Of a DNA stretch of 64,000 nt, positions 27,908 to 39,765 are shown piece by piece. The stretch comes from an uncultured Gammaproteobacteria bacterium (lineage in GTDB: Bacteria > Patescibacteriota > Patescibacteriia > JAHIZJ01). Each line of letters opens with the position of its first letter. Within the stretch, counting starts at the first letter, position 1. Position numbers and translations under genes: made by a program. A model generated the notes under the pieces. That model was not told the origin of the DNA, did not search any database, and saw nothing but the letters and a program-made list of their open reading frames with translations. The stretch lies in assembly GCA_964594455.1 (NCBI GenBank), contig CAZQLY010000001.1, positions 133,989 through 197,988 of the forward strand, written 5' to 3'.

Positions 27908-28180
27908 TCAAATTACGGCTCTTTGCACCAAGGTTGTACTGATGGTACGAGGACTGATGTGCTGGGTTAGAACTGGAGTTTCGACAGATAACCCCTTAGG
28001 ATCGGAAGAAACTTGGATGTTGCAGCAGGGATCAACCCTGTGGTGAACTATCACATCACATAATACTGCGTCATCCGATGGAGTTAGTCTAAGATAGACG
28101 ACGATCATGTCATCCTCGTAGATGATGGGGGTATTTTTATTCCCGTGCATCCAGTCAACAGGATGAAACTTCGCGGACAT
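27908..28180 (-). CDS. Hypothetical small protein (GC-rich islet)
   Basis: Start MSAKFHP with GGAGGTG SD; four Cys. Confidence 0.4.
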   Translation of the reverse strand: MSAKFHPVDWMHGNKNTPIIYEDDMIVVYLRLTPSDDAVLCDVIVHHRVDPCCNIQVSSDPKGLSVETPVLTQHISPRTISTTLVQRAVI

Positions 28181-28405
28181 CTGACACCTCCAGTACTTCT
28201 GAGGTTTATTGAGAAACAATGAACGACCATGCGTAATAGCATGGATTATTCATGTTGTCAATAGTTACCTTATTTTAGCCAAAAAGATATCCCCAGCTAC
28301 TCTGCCTATAAGTTTGAAAAATGGGCGATTTTGTGTTAGAATTTGAGTAGAAAATATACGCTTTTCTAGCGAAAATCAAACAAAAGTTTGTAAAACTTTT
28401 AAGAT

Positions 28406-28789
28406 ATGTCATTGAGAAAATTTTTATTGTTTATGACCGCTGTAACAGTGATTTGCTGGATCGGCTGGATCACTGTGTTGTTTTATATAGACCCTGATTC
28501 CGCCGGATTTATTGGCTTATTCCTATTTTATATCAGTCTGTTTTTTGCTGTTATCGGATCTTTTTCGCTACTTGGATTCTTTTTTCGGGTTTGGTTTTCA
28601 AAAGAAGAGGTTGTTTTTCATCATGTGGGAATAGCCTTTAGGCAGGCCCTGCTGTTTTCTTTGCTGCTGGTCGGTTCATTGATTCTTCAAGGCATGCGTA
28701 TTTTAACTTGGTGGAATGCTGCATTGTTCGTGATTTGTTTAGCTGTGCTGGAATTATTTTTCTTAACTAGAAAGAAGAGCTACTCATGA
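28406..28789 (+). CDS. Membrane protein (4 TM), hypothetical
   Basis: Hydrophobic profile; overlaps the pheS start by 4 nt. Confidence 0.5.
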   Translation: MSLRKFLLFMTAVTVICWIGWITVLFYIDPDSAGFIGLFLFYISLFFAVIGSFSLLGFFFRVWFSKEEVVFHHVGIAFRQALLFSLLLVGSLILQGMRILTWWNAALFVICLAVLELFFLTRKKSYS

Positions 28790-29820
28790 GAGAAAAGATA
28801 GAAAAAATTCACCAACAAGCCAAAGCTGATTTGGGAGAAGTAACCAGCGAAAGCGATATCCAGAATCTGCGCAATAAATATTTGGGCCGTAAGGCTGAGT
28901 TGACTCGTTTACTGCGAGATGTCAAACAGCTGCCTCCTGAGGAGAGACCGCAGATGGGTCAGCTGGCCAATCGTCTTCGTAGCGAGATTGAAGAAGCATT
29001 AGCCGGCAAGAAGTTTGATCAAAGCGGCCTGGTAGGAAATATCGATATCACTTTGCCCGGCAAAAGGCTGCCGGTCGGACATTACCATCCTTTGACTCGC
29101 TTTTTACGAAAAGTTAAGAAAGTATTTAGTTCAATGGGATTTGAGATAGTTGATGGGCCGGAAGTGGAAACAGCAGAAAATAACTTTGATCTGCTAAATA
29201 TTCCCAAGGACCACCCAGCCAGAGATATGTGGGACACTTTTTATGTTAATAGAGGCAAAGGGATTAATCGGGGTAAAAGCACTGGATCACAATTGCTTCT
29301 GAGAACGCATACTTCACCCGGGCAAATTCGGGCAATGGCGAATCGAAAACCACCGGTTAGAATAATAGTTCCGGGTCGAGTATTCCGTCACGAGGCTACA
29401 GACGCTTCCCACGAAGCTCAGTTTTGCCAGTGTGAAGGCTTGGTTATAGATAAAGATGTAGCAGTAACTGATTTGATAGGTACGCTCAAAGCTTTTTTGA
29501 ATGAGATGTTTGGTGAAGACGTTAAGATCAGAATTCGTCCGGAATTTTATCCTTTTGTTGAACCGGGCATGGATATAGATATGAGTTGTATTTTGTGCAG
29601 CGGTAAGGGCTGTTCGGTATGTAGTCAGCGCGGCTGGTTGGAAATGCTTGGTTCAGGCATGGTTCACCCAACAGTTTTGAAGAATATGAAAGTTGATCCC
29701 AAGCAATACAGCGGCTTTGCTTTTGGGCTTGGCATAGACAGGCTGATGATGCTTTATTACGGTGTGCAGGATGTCCGGCTGTCCTATTCAAATGATTTAC
29801 GATTTTTAAAACAGTTTTAA
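28786..29820 (+). CDS. pheS: Phenylalanine--tRNA ligase alpha subunit
   Basis: Class II aaRS motifs: FRHEATDASHEAQFCQCEG and GFAFGLGIDRLMMLYYGVQDVR. Confidence 0.92.
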   Translation: MREKIEKIHQQAKADLGEVTSESDIQNLRNKYLGRKAELTRLLRDVKQLPPEERPQMGQLANRLRSEIEEALAGKKFDQSGLVGNIDITLPGKRLPVGHYHPLTRFLRKVKKVFSSMGFEIVDGPEVETAENNFDLLNIPKDHPARDMWDTFYVNRGKGINRGKSTGSQLLLRTHTSPGQIRAMANRKPPVRIIVPGRVFRHEATDASHEAQFCQCEGLVIDKDVAVTDLIGTLKAFLNEMFGEDVKIRIRPEFYPFVEPGMDIDMSCILCSGKGCSVCSQRGWLEMLGSGMVHPTVLKNMKVDPKQYSGFAFGLGIDRLMMLYYGVQDVRLSYSNDLRFLKQF

Positions 29821-29831
29821 GATATATTTAT

Positions 29832-30146
29832 ATGTCAAAATTTTTAAAAAAATTAGAAGACCGAAACTTTGATATTCTGATATACTCCGTACTGATTTTT
29901 TTCTACGGCTTAGGCTGGGATTTGGTACAGGATCGCCAGGTCGATTATTGGTCGGTAATAGGAGTAATCAGCTATACGGTTTTTGTTCTGCTGCTCCTGG
30001 TCAAAAGGCGGATGAACCTTCCTGATCCTAATGCTGGTGAACATCTTTCCAAAATTAGCCCTCGTAAAGACTTCACCGGAAAAATGGTATTGGCAGCCAT
30101 ACTCTATGGGTTATTGGTTTATAAGCTAATAACAGGTTTTCTCTAA
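29832..30146 (+). CDS. Small membrane protein
   Basis: 104 aa with 3 TM helices; inserted between pheS and pheT. Confidence 0.45.
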   Translation: MSKFLKKLEDRNFDILIYSVLIFFYGLGWDLVQDRQVDYWSVIGVISYTVFVLLLLVKRRMNLPDPNAGEHLSKISPRKDFTGKMVLAAILYGLLVYKLITGFL

Positions 30147-30150
30147 ACAT

Positions 30151-30456
30151 ATGAAAGAAAATTTCAAATCAGTTTTTCAAACAAAAATGTTTGATGCTGC
30201 GCTGGGGATTTTATTGTTTATGATATTGGCGTTTGCCCTGGATTATGCTACGGACGAGCAGTTTACCAGCAACTCTATACTTTTTGATTTAGTTTTTAGT
30301 TTTCTTTTAGGTGTTTTATTGGTTGTTAAGCCTTCTGGTAAAAAAATGGATCCCAAGATTTTGAAACAGCGGGCTGAAACCATGGAGCTGGTGGGTAAGG
30401 TTTTGATTGGTATCCTACTGTTTGTAACTTTAATTGTTTTAATCTTAACAAAGTAG
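30151..30456 (+). CDS. Small membrane protein
   Basis: 101 aa with 3 TM helices. Confidence 0.45.
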   Translation: MKENFKSVFQTKMFDAALGILLFMILAFALDYATDEQFTSNSILFDLVFSFLLGVLLVVKPSGKKMDPKILKQRAETMELVGKVLIGILLFVTLIVLILTK

Positions 30457-32853
30457 ATGAGACTTTCTCTTGATTGGTTAAAAGATTTTGTTGCGGTTAA
30501 AGAGGTGCCTGAAAAAGCAGCTGAAATTTTGACGTTACTGGGTTTTGAAGTAGAAACCATCGAAAAACCAGGACGAGAAATCAAAAACGTTATAACAACA
30601 AAAATTACCAAGATAAGAAAGCATCCTCAGGCTGACCGTTTGCAGCTGGCAACTGTTACCGACGGCAAAAAAGAACAAGAAGTTGTTTGTGGTGCCACTA
30701 ATATACGCGTGGGTCAAACAGTTCCATTAGCCAGAGTGGGAACGGTACTGCCTGGTGGCCGCAAGATAGAAAAAGCTAAAATTCGAGGTGTTGTATCCGA
30801 AGGCATGCTTTGTTCAGAAAAAGAACTCGGTTTAGGATTGGATCATGAAGGAATATACATTTTGGATAGCAGGGTCTCTTTGGGTCAAAGCTTGAGCCAA
30901 GCCCTGGGTCTAAACGATGCAGTTTTAGATATAACCATTTCTCCAAATCGCTCAGATTGCTTCTCAGTCCTGGGATTAGCGCGTGAGTATGCAGCTCAGA
31001 CTGGGCGCTCTTTGAAAACAAAGAAATATTCATTGAAGAAAATCAATAAAAAAAGCTCAGTTACTATTGTTAACAGAGAAACCAAAATTTGTCCCAAATA
31101 TACCGCTAGAGAGATAATTGATGTCAAAGTTGAATCTTCACCCGTCTGGCTCAAGAGCCGCTTGATTGCTGCAGGTGTGCGCCCGATAAACAATGTAGTT
31201 GATGCGACTAACTACATGATGCTGGAGACCGGCCAGCCGATACACGCCTTTGATTTGGATCAGCTGGCTGAGACTTCAGGAAATCATAGAATTATTATTC
31301 GTTCAGCCAAGCAAAAAGAGAAGATAAAGACGCTGGATGGACAGGGAAGGGAATTAAATCCATCTATGTTGATTATAGCTGACAGTAGAGAGCCTATTGC
31401 CGTGGCTGGTGTAATGGGCGGCGTGGCTAGCGAAGTTACTCCAGAAACAAAACGAGTTGTCTTGGAGGTAGCGGCTTTTGACAAACTGTCAGTTCGCAAA
31501 ACTAGCCAGCAGCTTGGTCTCCGTTCAGAAAGCTCTACTCGGTTTGAAAAAGGGATTGATCTGACGCAGATTGAAACAGTTTCTGATAATACAGCCAGCT
31601 TAATCGCCGATTTGAGTAGCGGCAAAGTTCTCAGTAAGATGCATGTTAATGGCTCCAAAGCTAAACCCAAAGAAAATAAAGTAGAACTGGATTTGGCTGA
31701 AGTGAAACGCCTTCTGGGCATAGAAATTCCCAAGCCTGAGATCAAAAAATATTTGCAACGCCTGGGCTTCAAGGTAACTGGTAGTGCTAAATCATTTAAC
31801 GTAACGGTCCCGAGCTGGAGGAGTGATATTGTAGTACCGGCTGATTTAATTGAAGAGATAGGTCGAATGTATGGATACAATAAGTTGGAACCAACATTAT
31901 TAACTGGTACTCTAAAACCTTCAAAAACCAACAAATCTGATGCCTGGTCTGAAAAACTCAGAGACAGTCTGGTTGGTCTGGGATATTCAGAGGTATATAA
32001 TTATTCATTCTATGATTTAAAATCGGCTGAAACAGCTGAACTGCCCGCGTCCGAACACTATAAAGTTTCTAATCCCATGAGTCCAGATCAGAAATATTTA
32101 CGAGCCAGTTTAATCCCTCGCTTGAAAGAAAATTTGAGGCGAAACGGCTCTCATCAAAAAGATATGCATATTTTTGAGGTCGGACGTACTTTCCACCCGG
32201 GGGCAGATTTACCGGTAGAGCACACCGTTCTAGCTGCGGCCGTGGCTAGAGACCGAGCCAAATCCCAAGAGATAGTATTAGAGTTAAAGGGCGTGCTCCA
32301 GAAGATACTCAACACGCTCCATTTGAATATTTTAATGCATATTGAATCAGTCCGCCCAGGATATTACAAGATAAAACTAGGTGAGATGGGTGAGGTGGGA
32401 GGATTATTCATTTTTTCGAACCGGGAAATGAATCAACTCAAACTATCTGGGAGTGCCGGTGCCTTTGGTATAAGACTGGACCTAATAATCGGTAAAGCCA
32501 GTGATCGGGTTCAGTATCAACCGTTTTCACAATATCCTACTATCGAAAGGGATTTGGCGGTAATTATTGATGAGCAGATTGAATATGTTAAAATCGGTGA
32601 AGCTATCTGCCGGATTAATCAGACAACAATGAGCAAGCAGGAACCCAATGGATTGGTAGCCGACCTAGGCTTATTTGGTGAAATATATAGAGGGAAGAAT
32701 ATCGGCTCTAATAAAAAAAGTTTACCGATCCGAATAGTCTATCAATCACCCAGCCGGACACTCAGCCATAAAGAAGTAGAAAAAATACAGAATAAGATAA
32801 TAAGCAAACTTCAGCAAGAATTTGGGGCAAAGATTAAAGGTATTAATAATTGA
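30457..32853 (+). CDS. pheT: Phenylalanine--tRNA ligase beta subunit
   Basis: N-terminal tRNA-binding (Myf) domain, B3/B4 and B5 domains, C-terminal anticodon-binding-like domain; about 800 aa. Confidence 0.92.
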   Translation: MRLSLDWLKDFVAVKEVPEKAAEILTLLGFEVETIEKPGREIKNVITTKITKIRKHPQADRLQLATVTDGKKEQEVVCGATNIRVGQTVPLARVGTVLPGGRKIEKAKIRGVVSEGMLCSEKELGLGLDHEGIYILDSRVSLGQSLSQALGLNDAVLDITISPNRSDCFSVLGLAREYAAQTGRSLKTKKYSLKKINKKSSVTIVNRETKICPKYTAREIIDVKVESSPVWLKSRLIAAGVRPINNVVDATNYMMLETGQPIHAFDLDQLAETSGNHRIIIRSAKQKEKIKTLDGQGRELNPSMLIIADSREPIAVAGVMGGVASEVTPETKRVVLEVAAFDKLSVRKTSQQLGLRSESSTRFEKGIDLTQIETVSDNTASLIADLSSGKVLSKMHVNGSKAKPKENKVELDLAEVKRLLGIEIPKPEIKKYLQRLGFKVTGSAKSFNVTVPSWRSDIVVPADLIEEIGRMYGYNKLEPTLLTGTLKPSKTNKSDAWSEKLRDSLVGLGYSEVYNYSFYDLKSAETAELPASEHYKVSNPMSPDQKYLRASLIPRLKENLRRNGSHQKDMHIFEVGRTFHPGADLPVEHTVLAAAVARDRAKSQEIVLELKGVLQKILNTLHLNILMHIESVRPGYYKIKLGEMGEVGGLFIFSNREMNQLKLSGSAGAFGIRLDLIIGKASDRVQYQPFSQYPTIERDLAVIIDEQIEYVKIGEAICRINQTTMSKQEPNGLVADLGLFGEIYRGKNIGSNKKSLPIRIVYQSPSRTLSHKEVEKIQNKIISKLQQEFGAKIKGINN

Positions 32854-32868
32854 TAATCAAATAAATAA

Positions 32869-34941
<2,073 letters not shown>

Positions 34942-34973
34942 TACGCCCGCGTTTCTTCCTGAAACAACGGGCG

Positions 34974-35546
34974 TTAGGTGGTTGGATTGGATCGGAGGCG
35001 CTTGATAGGAATAACTTCGAAAAGTTCAGTGCCGTATTCAAGTACCGCTCCTTTTTCCTGAAGCACCCTGATTATCCTGACAGCGTCGAAATCAGTTACT
35101 TCTTCATAGCGAGGACAAGACTCTCGACCCGTGTCGCGCCAGATGGACCCGATTTTGATATCAAAGTGATTGCCAAGCACATGGGCGCAGCTGATAATAT
35201 CATTTTTGGCAAAACATCTGGGTGTCCGGGTGGAACCGCCGGATCGCCGGATCTTTAGCCGATAATCTGCCGCTACAATGGGTGACCGGATGACATAACG
35301 CGGTGGGTTGGGAGATGCCTGTTTAGCGCTAGAAACTGCAACCGGCGGCCTGGAGCGAGTAACTGTGGCGAGTTTCTTACTGAGAGTGTATTGATAGCAG
35401 CGAAACAAAGAAAACCATCTTCGCTTGATTGTTACATCAAGACTGATTCCGGTGCTGGCAGAAGAGCAAGCGATATGTTTTTTGAAATCATTAGGGTGAC
35501 CCCACACATATCGCCTTAACCAGCCGATAATATCCAGAAAGAGCAT
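34974..35546 (-). CDS. Hypothetical protein, moderately GC-rich; possible HNH-like nuclease (weak)
   Basis: AAGGAGG SD 5 nt upstream; GHPND...H and SCAH..GNH arrangement is reminiscent of HNH but not diagnostic. Confidence 0.4.
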   Translation of the reverse strand: MLFLDIIGWLRRYVWGHPNDFKKHIACSSASTGISLDVTIKRRWFSLFRCYQYTLSKKLATVTRSRPPVAVSSAKQASPNPPRYVIRSPIVAADYRLKIRRSGGSTRTPRCFAKNDIISCAHVLGNHFDIKIGSIWRDTGRESCPRYEEVTDFDAVRIIRVLQEKGAVLEYGTELFEVIPIKRLRSNPTT

Positions 35547-35599
35547 AGTAACCTCCTTAGTTGGTGGTTCACGAAGCTTGTCAGTTTATCAAAACCTAT

Positions 35600-36061
35600 A
35601 TGAATAAGCAAGTTGATACATTTTTTCCTAAACGCATGCACTGGGTTTTGAAGCTGCGCCAAGTGACTGATTATTGGCTGACTCTGATACCTTGGCCAAA
35701 TCTGAATCCCACCATAGTATCGATACTATCATTGTTGGCAGCCCTGGGCTTTGCCTGGGCATATCTAGAGGGGTTAGTTTGGATAGCGTTAGTACTTTTG
35801 ATAATAAACATGCTAGGCGATTGGATTGATGGCGCTATCGCCAAGCGGCACAACCGCACTAGTTTCAAGGGGTGGGTGATAGACAACGTAGTTGATCGAG
35901 CTTCCGAAGGGATCATTTTGATACAGTTCATGGAGCCTTGGTTTTCTATGTTTGTCATCAATTGCTTCATGGCGTTTTATTCGTATGCCTTTCGTTGCAA
36001 TATAATTATTCCTTTACGCATAATATTCCTAGTTTATTATTTGATAATTATTTTTATATAA
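35600..36061 (+). CDS. CDP-alcohol phosphatidyltransferase family protein
   Basis: Signature D-G-x2-A-R...G-x3-D-x3-D present as DWIDGAIAKRHNRTSFKGWVIDNVVDRASE. The track start at 35561 (TTG) is unlikely because it overlaps the divergent gene's RBS; ATG at 35600 preferred. Confidence 0.6.
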   Translation: MNKQVDTFFPKRMHWVLKLRQVTDYWLTLIPWPNLNPTIVSILSLLAALGFAWAYLEGLVWIALVLLIINMLGDWIDGAIAKRHNRTSFKGWVIDNVVDRASEGIILIQFMEPWFSMFVINCFMAFYSYAFRCNIIIPLRIIFLVYYLIIIFI

Positions 36062-36067
36062 AAGTAA

Positions 36068-36610
36068 ATGTTTCAATTTGTCCTCCAGTGCCTTTGGTTC
36101 ATGCTACCGATCGGCGTGGCCAATATGAGTCCGGTGATTTTCAAAAACCAGCTTAGGGTTTTAGCTCGGCCGGTTGATTATGACATAAAGTTTTTTAACG
36201 AACCCCTTTTTGGAAAACACAAAACCTGGCGGGGATTCTTGGTTGCAACATTGGCGGGCGGCATCACTTTTATATTGCAGCAAGCACTTTACACCATCCC
36301 ATCGTTTGAGTATTTGAGCTTGTTTGATTATCCGGCCATCCCCTCGCATTTTGGATTTGTAGTCGGCTTTGGAGCATTATTTGGCGATCTGATTAGAGCT
36401 TTTTTTAAACGTCGGTTCAAGGTTTCACCGGGAAAAACTTGGCTACCCTTTGATCAAATAGACTACACTATCGGAGGATTGGTTTTTGCTTTGCCTTATG
36501 TATCGATTAGTTGGTCCGTTGCTATAACTATTGTTTTATCAGGCTTTCTGCTCCATATCATAGTGGGTCATATTGGCTATTATTTACGAATAAAGGACAG
36601 CCGTTGGTAG
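36068..36610 (+). CDS. CarS (CDP-archaeol synthase, DUF46)-like CTP-transferase membrane protein
   Basis: 180 aa with 5 TM; LPIGVANMSPVIF...RPVDYDIKFFNEPLFGKHKTWRGF matches the DUF46/CarS pattern (P.D.g..f..g...G..KTW.G). Confidence 0.5.
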   Translation: MFQFVLQCLWFMLPIGVANMSPVIFKNQLRVLARPVDYDIKFFNEPLFGKHKTWRGFLVATLAGGITFILQQALYTIPSFEYLSLFDYPAIPSHFGFVVGFGALFGDLIRAFFKRRFKVSPGKTWLPFDQIDYTIGGLVFALPYVSISWSVAITIVLSGFLLHIIVGHIGYYLRIKDSRW

Positions 36611-36702
36611 GGAAAGCTGATTAACTTGACGACTAATAAAGAACGTTATATACTGGGGATAGATTAAATATCCGCCAGACAAGCGGATTTTAAAAACCAC
36701 AA

Positions 36703-36894
36703 ATGAACATTACTGACAACAAATTAACCAGGTATTTAAAGGAATCCAGACAAGAATTAAAAAAGGTAGTCTGGCCCACTCGTCGCGAGACAGTTAGAAA
36801 CACACTGATTGTTATTGGAATTAGTGTAGCGGTTGCGGCTTTTCTGGGTGTAGCTGACTACCTCCTCAATCTGGGTTTAGAAAATATTATTTAA
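36703..36894 (+). CDS. secE: Preprotein translocase subunit SecE
   Basis: 63 aa; KKVVWPTRRET plus a single TM; in the conserved position upstream of nusG. Confidence 0.8.
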   Translation: MNITDNKLTRYLKESRQELKKVVWPTRRETVRNTLIVIGISVAVAAFLGVADYLLNLGLENII

Positions 36895-36904
36895 ATAATC
36901 TAAT

Positions 36905-37450
36905 ATGCCTAAACAAACAGCAGCGCAAGGTCGCAGATGGTATGTACTTCATACATATTCAGGATACGAAGAAAACGTTGCTCGCAACTTGAAACAACGT
37001 ATTGAATCAATGGATATGGAAGACAAGATATTCAACGTTTTGATACCTACAGAAAAAAAGATAAAAATCAAGAATGGCAAGCGCCGAGTTGTTACAGAAA
37101 AGATTTTTCCTGGATATGTTTTGGTTGAAATGGTGGTGACAGATGATTCTTGGTATGTGGTTCGAAACACTCCAAACGTGACTGGTTTCGTTGGTTCAGG
37201 CACAACCCCGACTCCGATATCAGAGACCGAGGTTAAGTCTCTACAGAAAAGAATGGGTGTCGAAGAGCCGAAATACAAGATTGACGTTAATGTTAATACA
37301 CCCGTCAGAATCATTGATGGACCATTCAAAGACTTCGAAGGTAAGATTAATGAAATCGATGAAGCTCGCGGTAAGGTCAAAGTACTGGTCTCAATGTTTG
37401 GTCGTGAGACCCCAGTGGAATTAGACTTCCTACAAATTAAAAAGATATAA
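36905..37450 (+). CDS. nusG: Transcription termination/antitermination factor NusG
   Basis: NGN domain ([11 protein letters not shown]) and KOW motif ([35 protein letters not shown]). Confidence 0.92.
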   Translation: MPKQTAAQGRRWYVLHTYSGYEENVARNLKQRIESMDMEDKIFNVLIPTEKKIKIKNGKRRVVTEKIFPGYVLVEMVVTDDSWYVVRNTPNVTGFVGSGTTPTPISETEVKSLQKRMGVEEPKYKIDVNVNTPVRIIDGPFKDFEGKINEIDEARGKVKVLVSMFGRETPVELDFLQIKKI

Positions 37451-37455
37451 ACTAT

Positions 37456-37884
37456 ATGGCTAAGAAAGTAAAAACAGTTGTCAAACTACAAATTCCAGCC
37501 GGTAAAGCAACACCCGCTCCACCGATCGGACCAGCTCTAGGTCAACACGGATTAAATATCCAGGATTTCTGCACCCGTTTTAATGCCGAGACCAAGGATA
37601 TGGGTGGGGATGTCGTGCCAGTGGAAATTACTATTTTTGAAGACCGGACTTTTTCTTTTATCAAAAAAACTCCTCCAGCCGCTGAATTATTAAAGAAGGC
37701 CGCCGGTATCAAAAAAGGATCCGGTAGTTCTCTGAAGGAAAAGGTCGCCAAAGTTACCCAGCAACAGATCAGAGAGATTGCTGAGCGCAAGATGCCCGAT
37801 CTAAACGCCAATGACGTAGAAGCCGCCATGAAGATTATCGAAGGTACGGCTCGAAATATGGGTATCACAGTCGAAGGTAAGTAA
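37456..37884 (+). CDS. rplK: 50S ribosomal protein L11
   Basis: [26 protein letters not shown], the canonical L11 N-terminus. Confidence 0.93.
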   Translation: MAKKVKTVVKLQIPAGKATPAPPIGPALGQHGLNIQDFCTRFNAETKDMGGDVVPVEITIFEDRTFSFIKKTPPAAELLKKAAGIKKGSGSSLKEKVAKVTQQQIREIAERKMPDLNANDVEAAMKIIEGTARNMGITVEGK

Positions 37885-37958
37885 AATAATAAACAACATA
37901 CTAATTAGTGGGAGATCCAAATAGTCTCTAGATCGATTGAACCACTAAAAGGAGTAAT

Positions 37959-38639
37959 ATGAAAAGAAGTAAACGCTATCAAGAAGCAGCCAATCAGGTC
38001 GACAAACAGAAGACCTATTCAATGACTGAGGCTTTTGATTTGATTAAGAAGACCTCAACTACTAAATTTGATTCATCTGTTGAGGTGCATATCCATCTGG
38101 GAATTGATTTAAAGAAACCGGACCAGCAAGTCAGGGCTACGGCTCAACTGCCTCATTCTACGGGCCGGAAAAGGAAAATATTGGTATTAGCCAATGACGC
38201 TGACCAAAAGAAGGCTTTGGAGGCTGGAGCCAGTCAAGCCGGTGGTGAGGATCTGATTAAAGAAATTAAGAAAACTCAGAAAGTTAATGCTGATATTGTC
38301 TTGGCTACTCCTGAGATGATGAAAAAAATTGGCCAGGTCGCTAAAATACTAGGCACCAAGGGATTGATGCCAAACCCCAAGAACGAAACCATAACTGCCG
38401 ATGTGGCAAAAACAATCAAGGATCTGGCCAGCGGCAAAATAGCCTTCCGTTCCGATGAATCAGGCAATGTCCATCAAATAATCGGCAAAGTATCATTTGA
38501 TCAAAAAATATTGGAAGATAATTTCAGAACCTTTGTGGAGGCAGTGCGTAAGGCTAAACCAGCCGAAGCCAAAGGTATATATATCCAAGGCATCACGCTT
38601 ACCACCACCATGGGTCCTGGGATTCGAGTAGCGTCATAA
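37959..38639 (+). CDS. rplA: 50S ribosomal protein L1
   Basis: L1 family blocks (KFDSSVEVHIHLGIDLKKPDQQVR, GKIAFRSDESGNVH); AAAGGAG SD. Confidence 0.93.
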   Translation: MKRSKRYQEAANQVDKQKTYSMTEAFDLIKKTSTTKFDSSVEVHIHLGIDLKKPDQQVRATAQLPHSTGRKRKILVLANDADQKKALEAGASQAGGEDLIKEIKKTQKVNADIVLATPEMMKKIGQVAKILGTKGLMPNPKNETITADVAKTIKDLASGKIAFRSDESGNVHQIIGKVSFDQKILEDNFRTFVEAVRKAKPAEAKGIYIQGITLTTTMGPGIRVAS

Positions 38640-38654
38640 TTAATATTCTTTCAC

Positions 38655-39194
38655 ATGGCAGAAAAAAAGTATTATCGTCCCAGCTGGGATGACTATTTCA
38701 TGGCTATTGCTCGAATTGTGGCCACTCGCGGAACATGTGACCGTTTAAGGGGTAGTGCAGTACTAGTTAAAAACAATCGCATCATTTCAACCGGCTACAA
38801 CGGCTCTCCTCCTGGTTTACCGCATTGTGATGATGTTGGTCATATGATGGAAGAGGGGCACTGTATTAGGACAATTCATGCCGAACACAATGCTCTGCTG
38901 CAGGCGGCTGTTATTCCCGGGGCGAGTACCGAGGGGTCAACGCTTTATGTAAAATATCTACCATGTGCGCATTGTTGTAAATATATTGTGGCTTGTGGTG
39001 TGAAAAGAGTGGTGTACGCGGACTTTTATAGAAACACAAAATCAGCAGATTACTTAGAGGAAGCTGGTCTAGAGGTAGACAAATATAAGAACAACAAGGT
39101 ATGGAATAAAAAAGCTCAAGAATTATTTGCTGAGGAAATAAAAGAGGTAAAAGCAGCTGAAGGATACGTGGTTATTAAAGACGGAGAAAAATGA
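38655..39194 (+). CDS. dCMP deaminase (ComEB/Dcd family cytidine/deoxycytidylate deaminase)
   Basis: Zinc-binding HAEHNAL and PCAHCC motifs; SD-less. Confidence 0.8.
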   Translation: MAEKKYYRPSWDDYFMAIARIVATRGTCDRLRGSAVLVKNNRIISTGYNGSPPGLPHCDDVGHMMEEGHCIRTIHAEHNALLQAAVIPGASTEGSTLYVKYLPCAHCCKYIVACGVKRVVYADFYRNTKSADYLEEAGLEVDKYKNNKVWNKKAQELFAEEIKEVKAAEGYVVIKDGEK

Positions 39195-39751
39195 TTATAG
39201 GATTAACCGGCTACACTGCCGCTGGCAAAGGTACGGTAGCTGAATTTTTAAAAGAGAAAGGGTTTGTCTATCATTCTTGTTCTGATGTTTTAAGAGAAGA
39301 AAACAAGAAATTGGGCCAGGAAAACACCATTGAGAATTTGATAACGCTGGGAAATAAACTGCGTGAAGAACAAGGACCCGGCGTGTTAGCAATAAGACTA
39401 TTAGAAAAAATAAAGGCTGAAAAAGAAGAATTATCCATAGTAGATAGTTTAAGACACCCCGATGAAATCGCCACTCTGAGAGAAACAGGCGATTTTGTGC
39501 TATTTAGCGTTGATGCGCCTCTAGACCTCCGATACGAACGAACTCAATTGAGGAAGCGAGACGAGGATAAAATTGATTTTGAGGAATTCAAAAGACAAGA
39601 ACAATTCCAAATTACCGGCAAAGGCAGTCAAGCCCAGATTCTGAACTGTATCAAGCTAGCTGATTACAACATAGTTAACGATGGAACCATTGAAGAACTG
39701 AAACTAAAAGTTGATGTTTTAATTGACGAACTCGGCATCAAAAAAGAATAG
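39191..39751 (+). CDS. P-loop nucleotide/nucleoside kinase-like protein (CoaE/dNMP-kinase fold)
   Basis: Walker A GLTGYTAAGKGTV; about 186 aa; 4-nt overlap with the deaminase gene. Confidence 0.45.
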   Translation: MIIGLTGYTAAGKGTVAEFLKEKGFVYHSCSDVLREENKKLGQENTIENLITLGNKLREEQGPGVLAIRLLEKIKAEKEELSIVDSLRHPDEIATLRETGDFVLFSVDAPLDLRYERTQLRKRDEDKIDFEEFKRQEQFQITGKGSQAQILNCIKLADYNIVNDGTIEELKLKVDVLIDELGIKKE

Positions 39752-39765
39752 TAAATAAAATACCC

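Noticed and set aside
34974-35546. HNH homing endonuclease or intein remnant next to gyrB
   Set aside because: Only loose His/Asn/Cys spacing; no clear HNH or LAGLIDADG motif, and gyrB is intact with no in-frame insertion.
37885-37958. L1 autoregulatory mRNA-binding site between rplK and rplA
   Set aside because: A small stem (agtgg...ccact) is present, but I cannot match the 23S helix-76/78 mimic consensus by eye; not supported.
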